IMG/VR virus record: IMGVR_UViG_3300011422_000010
Location: 1-38,529 of that record
DNA from: a virus
Taxonomy: Duplodnaviria; Caudoviricetes
Reading direction: 5' to 3' (one strand)
Length of the DNA: 38,529 nucleotides
The notes beneath the pieces were generated by a model. That model was not told where the DNA came from and did not search any database. It saw nothing but the letters and a program-made list of their open reading frames with translations. Shown piece by piece: positions 1 through 8,880 of this stretch. How positions within the stretch are numbered: position 1 is the stretch's first letter; each line of letters starts with the position of its first letter. Made by a program: the position numbers and the translations under genes.

Positions 1-72
1 ACCTACGACGAGGCCGGCCAGCACTGGGTCGTCCTCCAGGACCCCGAGGGCAACGAGTTCTGCCTGCACTGA
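1..72 (+). CDS. VOC/glyoxalase-like protein, C-terminal fragment (non-phage, host-like)
   Basis: Frame 1 reads TYDEAGQHWVVLQDPEGNEFCLH-stop; DPEGNEF is the typical VOC-family C-terminal motif. 5' end lies outside the window. Confidence 0.8.
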   Translation, partial: TYDEAGQHWVVLQDPEGNEFCLH

Positions 73-86
73 GGGCCCAATGAGCC

Positions 87-231
87 TCAGGACCGGGGCG
101 GGACCCGTCCCGTGACCGTGGGTTCCAGCGGGTCAGGGGCTCGGCGACCGACCGTCCCGTTGCGCAGCTGAGCCAGCATCATGATGTTGAGCTGGTAGGC
201 GAGCTGGTCGAGGCCGGCCAGCCGCTCCCCC
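87..231 (-). pseudogene. Orphan coding segment without its own start (3' end of a host gene, or frameshifted tail of 133..618)
   Basis: Reads GERLAGLDQLAYQLNIMMLAQLRNGTVG...RS-stop with GC-rich third positions. Upstream of about 231 this frame looks non-coding. Confidence 0.4.
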
Positions 232-618
232 GAGCTCGGCCGGCGTCGCCGGCGGCGCCTCTCCGGGCGCGGGCAACGGCGGCGGCGGATGCGGCTCACG
301 GGCCCGGCAGCCGCGGCAGCGGGCCACGCCCTCGAGCTGCTTGCCCAGCGTGCACTCCCCGTGGACGGCGCAGGCGAACACGCTGAGCCCGACGCTACCC
401 ACGCAGCTCGGGCATTCCTGCTTCCGCACCTCGGCCCCGCGATGAATGCAGGGGAGCTGGTCGGCGACCTGGTCGCCGCCGATGCCGGCCCACCTGTCCC
501 ACAGCCGGCGGTAGCGGCGGCCGAGGCGGTTGTCCATCTGGGACAGCGCCTTCTCGCGCAGCAGATGCGGCCGCTGGTGGCGGGCGCAGAAGTCGTGCTC
601 GTCAAGCGGGCAGATCAT
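133..618 (-). CDS. Cys-rich phage protein at the distal end of the tail module
   Basis: ATGA overlap with 615..2369; PCIHRG...CPSC...FACAVHGECT...CRGC pattern. The C-terminal ~30 aa look off-frame. Confidence 0.65.
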   Translation of the reverse strand: MICPLDEHDFCARHQRPHLLREKALSQMDNRLGRRYRRLWDRWAGIGGDQVADQLPCIHRGAEVRKQECPSCVGSVGLSVFACAVHGECTLGKQLEGVARCRGCRAREPHPPPPLPAPGEAPPATPAELGGAAGRPRPARLPAQHHDAGSAAQRDGRSPSP

Positions 619-2369
619 TCGGTCACCAGCACGCTGATGGATGAGCCGGGCGGACAGGAACCCAGGCCGCTGAAGGTCGTCATGTTCGTGCAGAAAGAGA
701 GTGGGTCACAACTGCAGCCTCCGCACAGGCCGGTGTTGGCGAAACCCGCGATGGAAATAATGAACCCGTTGCAGCTTGCCCCGGTGCAGCAGAACTGGAC
801 GCTGACTTCCTGCCCGCACAAGGTCAGCGTGCCCAGCCAGCAGTTGCTGCCGTTCCAGGTGATCGTGCCCGAAGCGGTCGCGTCTCCGGTGATCGAGACG
901 TGCAGCGTCGCCGGTATCTCGTTCGGGCAGCAGCTCGTGACTCCGCCGCCGATGCCCCCGCCGCCGCCGCCTCCGCCGCCACCCGAGATGCAGTCGCAGG
1001 TCCCGAGCGGGAATGGGCCATCCCTGCAGATCAGTTCGCCACAGACGTACGTGTCGTAGTACTCGCTGATGGTCGAGCCCGAGGCGGTCAGCGAGGTGAA
1101 GCTGCCGTGCAGGCCGCGGCACTCGACGATGTAAAGTGCTTGGCACTCGCGACCGTGGATGCCGCCCGAGCCCTCGAGGATCGGCGGGCCATCGTCATCC
1201 TCGTCGTCGCGTTCACCCTTGATCGGCGGGATGATGCTGTGGTAGACCGCATTAAACCGCATGCCGACCCAGAGCTTCTTGCCGCACGTGGCTGCGACGT
1301 AGACGCGCTCCTTCATGGTGTTCTTCCAGGTGCAAGTATCGACGTCGAATTCCTGGATGTTGCCCTCGAAGATGTGCAGGGTGTCCGAATTGCAGATCAC
1401 GCACTCGTCGTCAGCGCCTTCGCCTGACCCGGAGCCCGACGGGCAGTAGACCCCGAGCTCGGCCTCGATGAAGATCTGCCGGACGGGGTTGCCGGCGTTG
1501 ACCCCGTAGACCGGCGACGTCTGCACATAGGAGTTGCACGGCCCATCGATCGGATAGGTGAAGGCGGTCGGGCCTTCCGGCCAGTCGTCCGAGAGGCGCT
1601 GGGCGAAGTAGCGCCTGCCCTCCACCAGCGGCTGGCCTTCGAGGTCGATGACCCGGACGCAGGCGCCGTCGACCCACCGGTCGCAGTCGGGGTCCCACGT
1701 CTGCAAGAGCCCGACGTGCATCCAGGAGAGGCAGGGCTGCGCTGCCCCGGACCCGGTCTCTCCGGAGCCCGTGCAGGAGGTGAGCGGGCCCATGGCGCTG
1801 GCCTTCTGCCAGATCTTCACGATCGCCATCTGGGCGTCGCCGGCCCCGCTCATGCGGACGATCGCCCACTGCGGCCCCAGGCCTCCCTCGCGCCAGAGGA
1901 TCTTGGCGGCGCCGCTGTCGCCACTTTCAAGCGAGGACACGATGCCCGTGCCCACGTCGGCGAATCCGTTCTCCTCGTGCAGCACGTTGATCAGCGCGGC
2001 AAAGACGCCAGAGACCCAGGCCCGGCCGATGCGGCCGTCGCGCAGGGGGGCGAGCAGCACGCCGAACTTGCCGCGATGTTCGGCCGTCGGCACGACACCC
2101 GCCACGGTCGTGCGCGACAGGAACTCGGACGTGCGATCAAAAGGCGAGACCAAGGGCGCCCCCAGGCCCACGACGGCGTACTCGTGGAGGTCCTGGCCGG
2201 TGTCGTTGCGGACGTCGATGATGTCGCCGTTGCGGAACCCGCCCTCGCGTTCGAAGGTGAGCTTGTGGCGCTTGGCGAACTGGGCCGCGTCGATGAACTG
2301 GTTGTGCGCTTCGGCCTGGGGGACGAAGGGTTCGCCGGACGTCACTTTGCGCAGGGCGTCGCCATCCAT
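615..2369 (-). CDS. Putative tail tip/fibre protein with Cys/Gly-rich C-terminus
   Basis: 584 aa at the end of the tail module. N-terminus (DALRKVTSGEPF...ILWREGGLGPQWAIVR) resembles conserved Planctomycete prophage tail proteins; poly-Gly linker. Confidence 0.65.
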   Translation of the reverse strand: MDGDALRKVTSGEPFVPQAEAHNQFIDAAQFAKRHKLTFEREGGFRNGDIIDVRNDTGQDLHEYAVVGLGAPLVSPFDRTSEFLSRTTVAGVVPTAEHRGKFGVLLAPLRDGRIGRAWVSGVFAALINVLHEENGFADVGTGIVSSLESGDSGAAKILWREGGLGPQWAIVRMSGAGDAQMAIVKIWQKASAMGPLTSCTGSGETGSGAAQPCLSWMHVGLLQTWDPDCDRWVDGACVRVIDLEGQPLVEGRRYFAQRLSDDWPEGPTAFTYPIDGPCNSYVQTSPVYGVNAGNPVRQIFIEAELGVYCPSGSGSGEGADDECVICNSDTLHIFEGNIQEFDVDTCTWKNTMKERVYVAATCGKKLWVGMRFNAVYHSIIPPIKGERDDEDDDGPPILEGSGGIHGRECQALYIVECRGLHGSFTSLTASGSTISEYYDTYVCGELICRDGPFPLGTCDCISGGGGGGGGGGIGGGVTSCCPNEIPATLHVSITGDATASGTITWNGSNCWLGTLTLCGQEVSVQFCCTGASCNGFIISIAGFANTGLCGGCSCDPLSFCTNMTTFSGLGSCPPGSSISVLVTE

Positions 2370-2391
2370 GGCTGGGCACCGTGGCTATTGA

Positions 2392-3144
2392 TTACGAGGC
2401 TTCGCTGTCCACGACCTTGACCTGGGAGCGCACCAGCGTGACCTTGTGGCCGCTGGCCAGCGTGGCCCGCACGTCGTAGTCGGAGATCCGCACCTTGAGC
2501 ACCGCGGTCTGGGCCGCGGTCAGCTCCACGCGGACTTTCTTGCCGGGGCCGCTGGGGGTCACCACGGACCCCGGCGCCACGAGCTCCCCGTCGGCGACCT
2601 GGAAAGCGACGGCCGCGCCCGTGAGATCGGGCCAGGTGTTGCCGGCGTCGGTCCACTCCAGGGCCCGGCCGTCCGCGGCCAGGTAGTCGTCGCCGGCCAC
2701 GAGGCTGACCACGCCCTTCTGGGTGACCGGCGCCACGGTCGTGATCTGGGCGCCCGTGATCCTGCCGAGGGCCTGCCCGGCCGTGCCGCTCTCATAGGTG
2801 CCCGGCACCTGGTCGCTGAGGATGCCGACGTCGATCGTGTCGCACAGCAGATGCTTGCCGCCGGCTTCGCCGCGGAGGCGGACGTGGCCCGGGGCCGCAC
2901 AGATCGCATCCGGGAGATCGAGCCGGTAGACCCCCTGGCCGCGCTCCTTGAGCCCGCCGGCGGCCCAGGGAGAAGTGATCAGGCTGAGGTTGGAGAGCGC
3001 GATCGACTGGTCGGCGTTGCTGCCGGCGCGGCTGTAGTTCACCGCGGGAAAGCTGGCGGCGACGAGCCCCGTCACGGGCAGACCGCTGTCGTCCACGATC
3101 TGCACATCGACCGATTGGGCCAAGGCGCCAAGGGGATAGATCAT
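2392..3144 (-). CDS. Virion structural protein (beta-rich, tail-associated)
   Basis: True start MIYPLG at 3144 (ATGA overlap with the stop of 3141..4568, GGAGG upstream); 250 aa. The longer track ORF is a shadow of the upstream gene. Confidence 0.65.
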   Translation of the reverse strand: MIYPLGALAQSVDVQIVDDSGLPVTGLVAASFPAVNYSRAGSNADQSIALSNLSLITSPWAAGGLKERGQGVYRLDLPDAICAAPGHVRLRGEAGGKHLLCDTIDVGILSDQVPGTYESGTAGQALGRITGAQITTVAPVTQKGVVSLVAGDDYLAADGRALEWTDAGNTWPDLTGAAVAFQVADGELVAPGSVVTPSGPGKKVRVELTAAQTAVLKVRISDYDVRATLASGHKVTLVRSQVKVVDSEAS

Positions 3145-4568
3145 AACCACCTCCGCCTGGCAAAGAGGAGACTCCCGCCGCCCGGAAAGGTCGGCGCGAA
3201 GGTGCTCAACTCCAGAACCGCCGTCGCTGGCGTTACCAGGCGCGGCGTCCGGACAGTCGGAGCGAAGGTCGGCATGGTCAGCACCAGCGTGCCGGGCGTC
3301 GCCAGCCGCGGAGTTGTGACCGCGGGCGCAAAGGCCGAGATGGCTAGCACCAGCGTGCCGGGCGTTACCAGCCGTGGCGCTGAAACCGCGGGCGCGAAAG
3401 CCGAGAGAGTCAGTGCCAGGGTGCCGGGTGTCGCCAGCCGCGGAGCTGAGACGGCGGGCGCAAAGGTCGAGATCGTCAGCGCGAGCGTGCCGGGCGTTAC
3501 TGTGACTCCACCGCCTTCCCCCACCGTCGGCGCGAAGGTGCTCAGAGCCAGCGCTGCGGTACCTGGCGTGGCCAGGCGCGGCGTCTGCACGGTCGGAGCA
3601 AAGGTCGCAACTGTCAAGGTTAGGGCGGCGGGCATCACCAGCCGCGGAGTCGAGACGGTCGGAGCGAGTCCCGTAGTGATCAGCGCCAGAGTTGGCGGCG
3701 TGACCCGCACGCCGACCGTGACGCTCGGAGCGAACGTCGCAATGACCAGTGCCGTCGTGGGTGGCGTGACCACGCGCGGGGCCAAGACGGTCGGGGCGAA
3801 CGTGGCCAGCGTTAGCGCCTGGGTGGTTGGCGTGACCCGCACGTTGTTGGTCGCGGTGACCGTCGGCGCGAACGTGGAGATCGTCAGCGCCAGAGTTGTA
3901 GGCGTGACCGTCGTATCGACGATCGGATGGACCATGATCGTCTGCGCGCGCCACGCAGCGGATGTGTCCACGCCGAACGTGCCGGGGTTCTCGGCAGATC
4001 CGGTGTTGAGTTGTCTATGTGCCGCAACAATCAAGCCACCGAGATTGGTCCCGGCTGTACCGCAGGACTTCTGCAGCGGCGGGCTGGGCGTGTAGTTCGT
4101 CGGCGGGGTATTGCCCCAGGTGTCGTCGTCCGCCTCCTCACCAGCCATGCCTGCGAACGCGATAAAGAGATAGTCTTTCGTGGAACCAGGCGCTGCCGAC
4201 GCTGGTGGGTCCGGCGTTGCCGATGTCCCGGTTCCTGTAGAGCCAATCTCAGGCGCGATCGCCTTGTTGGCTCCCGAAATACGAAACGAGATCGAGGCGT
4301 CACGGGTGTTTGCCGACGACGTGAAAGTTGGATTTGACGGGACTCCCGCGCCGGTGTATCGCAGGATTTTCAGTCCGTTGGCAGACGCTTCGTCAAGGAT
4401 TTCACCCCAATCCGTCAGCGCGTTCAGAGTCGCTGACGTTGATCCAATGTCCATGACGATCAGAACAAGATCACTGGCGACAATGCCGGAGGGCAGCGTC
4501 ACGGTGTGCGACGTGCCCGCCGTATTGGTCGACGATTCGGCAGTGCTTTCTACAACGGGGAATGACAC
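3141..4568 (-). CDS. Thr/Ala/Pro-rich fibre or adhesin-like protein with 11 x ~22-aa repeats
   Basis: GTG start after GAGGA. Globular N-terminal domain, then repeats of the type VTPGTLALTISTFAPAVSAPRL. Confidence 0.75.
   Translation of the reverse strand: MSFPVVESTAESSTNTAGTSHTVTLPSGIVASDLVLIVMDIGSTSATLNALTDWGEILDEASANGLKILRYTGAGVPSNPTFTSSANTRDASISFRISGANKAIAPEIGSTGTGTSATPDPPASAAPGSTKDYLFIAFAGMAGEEADDDTWGNTPPTNYTPSPPLQKSCGTAGTNLGGLIVAAHRQLNTGSAENPGTFGVDTSAAWRAQTIMVHPIVDTTVTPTTLALTISTFAPTVTATNNVRVTPTTQALTLATFAPTVLAPRVVTPPTTALVIATFAPSVTVGVRVTPPTLALITTGLAPTVSTPRLVMPAALTLTVATFAPTVQTPRLATPGTAALALSTFAPTVGEGGGVTVTPGTLALTISTFAPAVSAPRLATPGTLALTLSAFAPAVSAPRLVTPGTLVLAISAFAPAVTTPRLATPGTLVLTMPTFAPTVRTPRLVTPATAVLELSTFAPTFPGGGSLLFARRRWL
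3180..3910 (-). repeat. Degenerate ~66-bp coding tandem repeat (11 units)
   Basis: Recurring TFAPTV/AFAPAV and TPGTL motifs at 22-24 aa spacing. Confidence 0.85.
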
Positions 4569-4569
4569 G

Positions 4570-4803
4570 CTACTTCCTCAATTCGAGGCCAGCAATGGCC
4601 CTCTCCAGCTCTCGCAGCCGTTGCGTCAAGCTGGCATTGCTCTTGCAGGCGGCGAGAAGCTGGAGCGTGCGAATCTCCTCGTCCGTCCAACCGATGGTCC
4701 GGCACGAGCCTTCGATGCGCCCCAAGAGCGGGTTCTGAGCCAGCGCCTCCGCGTAGAGCCTGGGCAGCTCCTCGCGGGAGGCGGTGACTTTGTTGTCGGC
4801 CAT
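4570..4803 (-). CDS. Small hypothetical protein with coiled-coil C-terminus
   Basis: MADNKVTASREEL..., 77 aa, fills the gap between neighbouring genes. Confidence 0.65.
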   Translation of the reverse strand: MADNKVTASREELPRLYAEALAQNPLLGRIEGSCRTIGWTDEEIRTLQLLAACKSNASLTQRLRELERAIAGLELRK

Positions 4804-4817
4804 CCTCGGGCCCCCTT

Positions 4818-5243
4818 TTAGGCGAGGGTGAAAACTCCGGAAGCGTGCGCCGCCACGGTGAGCGTATTGCCGTCCGTGGCCGTCACGTCGGCCGGCGTCG
4901 AATCGAGCAAGCAGTAGCAGAGCACGTTGCCGCTCACCTCGTAGATGACGGCGAACCGCGCCGTGATCGAGCCTCCGCTGGCGGTCCAGACGGGATCGGC
5001 TTGAATGTCCACAGTGACCGTGGTGGTGCCGCTGAGCGTCAACGTGATCGCAATGCCGCCCGTCGTGTAGCCGTTGGCGTTGGCGTGCTCGTTGGTCAGG
5101 CCGGCATAGGTCGTGGACGAGGCGCCGATGTTGGACGTGGACAGGAACAGCGCCATCTTCCACGAGTCGCTGTTGATGTCGAACGTGCCGTCGATCAGAC
5201 TCGTGCGTCCGCTGTTCGTGAAGGTCCAGGCTCCTGCTGCCAT
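4818..5243 (-). CDS. Conserved small phage virion protein
   Basis: AAGGAG RBS; 141 aa with D-x-x-K-MAL...NGYTTGG...WTASGGSITARFAVIY...GVFTLA pattern common in tail regions. Confidence 0.75.
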   Translation of the reverse strand: MAAGAWTFTNSGRTSLIDGTFDINSDSWKMALFLSTSNIGASSTTYAGLTNEHANANGYTTGGIAITLTLSGTTTVTVDIQADPVWTASGGSITARFAVIYEVSGNVLCYCLLDSTPADVTATDGNTLTVAAHASGVFTLA

Positions 5244-5287
5244 GGGTAGCTCCTTGCTTTAATTGCTTTTCCCGCTGTCGTGCTGCG

Positions 5288-6220
5288 CTAGCCGAACGCA
5301 GCCCCGGGGTCCAGATCCAGTTCCCCGAAGTCGCTGTAGCGGTAGACGCGCTCGACGTAGACGCCCTTGGGTTTCTTGTTGTGCGAGGCGGCCGTCGGAT
5401 CGACGCCGTCCTCGTACAGAAACCAGATGTACTGCCACCCCTCCTTGTCCACGAACGCCGGTTTTGGCTCCGTGAACTGGGGATTGCCGAAGGAGAGCTG
5501 GCGGTCGAAGTTGCCGACGAACAGGTCCTTGACGTTCGGCGACGCCGCAAACTTGTAGGTGATCTCCCAGAGGCCGTTGCCGCGATTCGATCCCTGGCTG
5601 CCCAGGAAGAGCACCTCGCCACGCTGGAAGAGCTGCCCCTTGGGCTCCCACCACAGGTAGTCATTCACGCTGCCGGTCATGCGAAACAGCGTTTGCCGGT
5701 AGGCCGGCGTCACGCGGCTGTCGTTGCGGTAGGCCACCAGGCCAAAGTGATAGACCGGCACCAGGATCTCGGTGCCCTCGACCCGGCCGTGTTCGCCTTC
5801 CGTCACGCCAATGGACCCGTGCATGTCGGGCGCGGACCAGCGGAACGGCGGCAGCGGATTCTCGGGGTCCTCCCCGGGCAACGTGCCCGGCGGCGCCCGC
5901 ATCACGGTTTCCAGGCTCTGGGTGATCTTCTGCGTGCCGCCGCCGGTGTCGAAGGTATACTCGACGTGGCCTTCGCTCTTGTCCTTCTCCGGGCCGCCGT
6001 AGCGGACGTCGGCGTCCCAGACGCCGCCACCCAGGTGGGCGAGCTGGTAGCCCTTGAAGGCCTTGCCCCGGAGCGTCGTGGCCATGTTGCTTTCCAGGAA
6101 CGCGGCCGCCACTTCCTCCTCTTCCGTGCCCCAGACGGTGTAAAGCAGATGATCGTCGTCGTCGCCGTCAAGGCTCCGCGAGAGCTGGATCTTCACAGGC
6201 TTCTGGTTGATGAACGGCAT
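5288..6220 (-). CDS. Tail protein following tape measure (distal tail/hub candidate)
   Basis: Position directly after TMP; FDTGGGTQKITQSL, GEVLFLG, WEITYKFAASPN and VYVERVY motifs. Confidence 0.7.
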   Translation of the reverse strand: MPFINQKPVKIQLSRSLDGDDDDHLLYTVWGTEEEEVAAAFLESNMATTLRGKAFKGYQLAHLGGGVWDADVRYGGPEKDKSEGHVEYTFDTGGGTQKITQSLETVMRAPPGTLPGEDPENPLPPFRWSAPDMHGSIGVTEGEHGRVEGTEILVPVYHFGLVAYRNDSRVTPAYRQTLFRMTGSVNDYLWWEPKGQLFQRGEVLFLGSQGSNRGNGLWEITYKFAASPNVKDLFVGNFDRQLSFGNPQFTEPKPAFVDKEGWQYIWFLYEDGVDPTAASHNKKPKGVYVERVYRYSDFGELDLDPGAAFG

Positions 6221-6229
6221 CCGCTGCTC

Positions 6230-8083
6230 CTACACGAAAGCCAACGCCGCCTGCCGGCGACGCTCCATGCGCTTGAGGATGTCCCGCGTCTGCTCCGAGG
6301 CTAAGGCCACGCGGTTGATGCCGTCGTCGCTGATGCCGGCGATCGCGAACGGGTTGAAGGTGCCGGCCACGGAGAACTGCTTCTCGATCGCTTTCTTGGC
6401 CTCGGCGTCCGTGGGCGGCTTCTTGTCTGCCGCGGCCGGCGGCTGGCCCAGCAAGCGATGGGGCTTGTCCCGCAGCGCCTCCAGCTCCTCGCGCAGGGCG
6501 GCGGTCTCGGGGCTGTCCTCCACCCGAAAGCCGGCCCCCAGGTTGCTCATGGTGGCGAGGAAGTTCCGGCGCAGATTGTCTTTGCGTTGCTCCGGCCCTT
6601 CCTCCGGCCCACCGATGACTTTGAACCAGCCCCCCGTCTGCGCCTCGATCGCCTTGAGCGCCTGAAAGAGACTGACCTTCAGCATCCCGGCGACATAGGT
6701 CCAGACGGCGCTGAAGCCCTCCTTGAGGAAGTTCCAGAACGGCGGCCACAGGTCCTTGATCTGGCTGAGCGCCAGCTTGGCTCCGGTCTTCAGCAGCTCC
6801 CAGGCCAGCGGCATATCCACCTGCATGGCCTGGATCACCTCGCGCAAGATGCCGCCCCATTCCTTGAAGAGCCCGCCGATGTGCGCGAGCGGCCCGGCGA
6901 CCGCGGCCTGACCAAGCTGGCGCAAGGCCGCGAACAAGAGCCGGAGGGTGGCCAGGCCGAGCCCCACGGCCGCCCACGCCACAGCCAGCGCGGCGGCAAA
7001 GGCCGCGAGCGCGACCAGAGCGATCGTAATGGCGAGCACCAGGCCGACGCCGCCGATCAGGGCGTTCATCACCGTGAGGGCCACATTGAGGAGCCACACT
7101 GCCGCCTTGGCGACGAGCACGGCGGCGCTCCAGGCCAGCCACAGGCCGGCCGAGATCACTTTCCAGGCGACCCCGATGCCGAGCAGCGTGGTGAGCACGC
7201 CCAGGGCGAAGGCCGCCGCCTTCATGACCAGTCCGGCCGCGATCAGCGCCCCGCCCAGCAGGCCGACCGCCACGGCCGCGGCCGCGGCGGCGATGACCAG
7301 CTCCTTGTGCTCGCGAATCCACTCGATGACCAGCTTGACGCCGTCCTTGAGGGCGACGACGAGCTGGGTGACGACCGGCTCGAGCTCGGCGCCGATCACC
7401 ATCATCACGCCCGTGGCCGCCGCCTTGAGATCGTGCAGTCGGTCGCCCAGCCGGTCGGCCCGCTCGGCGTCCTCCCTGGTGATGCCGACGCCCAAGGCCT
7501 GCCAGTCCTTGGCCAGGGCCGGGAGCTCGCGCATCATCTGCAGGAGGCCGCGCGAACTCCTGCCGAAGACCTCTTGGGCAACAGCGCTTGCGTGGGACGG
7601 GTTCTCGATGGCGGCGATGCCGGCGGCCAATTTCCGGAATTGCTCCTCGGGCGACAGGCCGGCGAGCTGGTCCACCTCGAAGCCCAGTGCGGCGAGCGCT
7701 ATCTTGGCTTTCTTCGATTCTGGGTCGATCCCGGCGACGAGCTTCTGCATCTTGCCGATGGCGACGTCAACGTCCTCAATGCTGGAGCCCGTCTGCTCGG
7801 CCGCGTAGCCAAACTCCTGCAGGGCCTCGACGGAAACGCCGGTCTTGTGGCTGAGGTCGAGCAGGCGGCTCCCGGTGGTCGTGAAGAGGCGCACGGCGGC
7901 GGCGAAAGGCGCCGTGAGCAGCGCGCCGACACCCAGGAGCCTGGTCCCCAGCCCGACCAGCGAATCGGCGAAGGCGCGCAGCCTGGCCTGCGCCCGGCGC
8001 AGTCCCGCCACCAGCGCACTGTCCTTGGTGCCTAGCTCGACGTAGGCTCGACCTGCCCGGATTCCGCTGGCTGAGGCCGCCAT
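6230..8083 (-). CDS. Tail tape measure protein
   Basis: 617 aa, Ala/Leu-rich helical with hydrophobic central region; IRAGRAYVEL N-terminus and KTGVSVEALQEFGYAAEQTG motif; follows the chaperones. Confidence 0.9.
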   Translation of the reverse strand: MAASASGIRAGRAYVELGTKDSALVAGLRRAQARLRAFADSLVGLGTRLLGVGALLTAPFAAAVRLFTTTGSRLLDLSHKTGVSVEALQEFGYAAEQTGSSIEDVDVAIGKMQKLVAGIDPESKKAKIALAALGFEVDQLAGLSPEEQFRKLAAGIAAIENPSHASAVAQEVFGRSSRGLLQMMRELPALAKDWQALGVGITREDAERADRLGDRLHDLKAAATGVMMVIGAELEPVVTQLVVALKDGVKLVIEWIREHKELVIAAAAAAVAVGLLGGALIAAGLVMKAAAFALGVLTTLLGIGVAWKVISAGLWLAWSAAVLVAKAAVWLLNVALTVMNALIGGVGLVLAITIALVALAAFAAALAVAWAAVGLGLATLRLLFAALRQLGQAAVAGPLAHIGGLFKEWGGILREVIQAMQVDMPLAWELLKTGAKLALSQIKDLWPPFWNFLKEGFSAVWTYVAGMLKVSLFQALKAIEAQTGGWFKVIGGPEEGPEQRKDNLRRNFLATMSNLGAGFRVEDSPETAALREELEALRDKPHRLLGQPPAAADKKPPTDAEAKKAIEKQFSVAGTFNPFAIAGISDDGINRVALASEQTRDILKRMERRRQAALAFV

Positions 8084-8517
8084 GTCTGGTCCTTGGGAAT
8101 GGCCCCGCGCAGGCGCGCGAGGGCGATGTCCCGGTCAACCTTGTCCGCCACGTCCCGCGCCGCGGCTGTCTGCGAGTACGGGTTGCACTCCTCGGGCGAC
8201 AGCGCCCGCTGGGCCCCGAAGCCGCTGTTGTGGATGAAGGCCAGGAGATAGGAGTGCCGGCACCAGGCCTCCCGGGTCCGACCGTCTGCCATCCAGCTCA
8301 ACTGCCGGAGCGTCAGGGGGAGGGGATCGACGCCGACGAGGCCGGCGAGCCGCCAGATAGCTGCTTCAAGAGTTTCTCCGCCTCCGCTTCCACGTCCACG
8401 GTCGCCAGGGTCTGCCCCGCGCGCTCCGCGGCCAGCTCCACCGTCCGGGTCGCCGTCCGCCGGGCCAGGTCCATCGCCTTGTGCAGCGTCGTCCGGGCCT
8501 GCGCGCGCGGGAAAAAA
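8032..8517 (-). CDS. Tail assembly chaperone T segment (lambda GT-like, reached by -1 frameshift)
   Basis: Open in the -1 frame of 8313..8804 from the T TTT TTC heptamer; encodes IWRLAGLVGVDPLPLTLRQLSWMADGR...NPY. Confidence 0.7.
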   Translation of the reverse strand, partial: FFPARAGPDDAAQGDGPGPADGDPDGGAGRGARGADPGDRGRGSGGGETLEAAIWRLAGLVGVDPLPLTLRQLSWMADGRTREAWCRHSYLLAFIHNSGFGAQRALSPEECNPYSQTAAARDVADKVDRDIALARLRGAIPKDQTWRPQPAESGQVEPTSS

Positions 8518-8804
8518 TCCACGAACTCGGCCAGGAAGGCGTCCCGCGCCGCCTCGATGACGTCGCCGGCCATGGCCTCGCCGAAGCCCTCGTCGCTGAC
8601 GCCGGCCGCCTTGGCCTGGGCCTCGCACAAGACGTAGATCACGTCGATCAGAGCCACGGGTTCGGCGAGCAGGCGGCCCAGCGGCTTCAAGTCGTCGTCG
8701 AGCAACTTGTAGAGGTCGATCCCCAGCCGTTCGCGGACGCGCTTGATGGCGGCCACGTGGATGGCGATCTCCCAGGTGTGCGAACCGGCCTTGAACGAGT
8801 GCAT
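8313..8804 (-). CDS. Tail assembly chaperone (lambda G-like)
   Basis: 163 aa between tail tube and tape measure; contains DFF encoded by GAT TTT TTC. Confidence 0.8.
   Translation of the reverse strand: MHSFKAGSHTWEIAIHVAAIKRVRERLGIDLYKLLDDDLKPLGRLLAEPVALIDVIYVLCEAQAKAAGVSDEGFGEAMAGDVIEAARDAFLAEFVDFFPRAQARTTLHKAMDLARRTATRTVELAAERAGQTLATVDVEAEAEKLLKQLSGGSPASSASIPSP
8511..8517 (-). promoter_or_regulatory. -1 ribosomal frameshift slippery heptamer T TTT TTC
   Basis: X XXY YYZ pattern in phase with the chaperone frame; the -1 frame is open to 8032. Confidence 0.7.
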
Positions 8805-8826
8805 CCGTGCCTCTCCGGGTGGCTCC

Positions 8827-8850
8827 GCCGCGGCCTTCCTTGGCCGCGGC
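8827..8850 (-). promoter_or_regulatory. Hairpin with AAGGAA loop (CsrA/RsmA-type site)
   Basis: GCCGCGGCC-AAGGAA-GGCCGCGGC, 9-bp perfect stem in the chaperone leader. Confidence 0.5.
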
Positions 8851-8880
8851 CAGTACGTGCGCCTGTACTAGCGCTCGCGC

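Noticed and set aside
3145-3954. N-terminal 270 aa of track ORF 2392..3954
   Set aside because: Alternate frame of the repeat protein; the real start is at 3144.
615-5243. Diversity-generating retroelement or invertible tail-fibre cassette
   Set aside because: No reverse transcriptase, invertase or template/variable repeat pair was seen.
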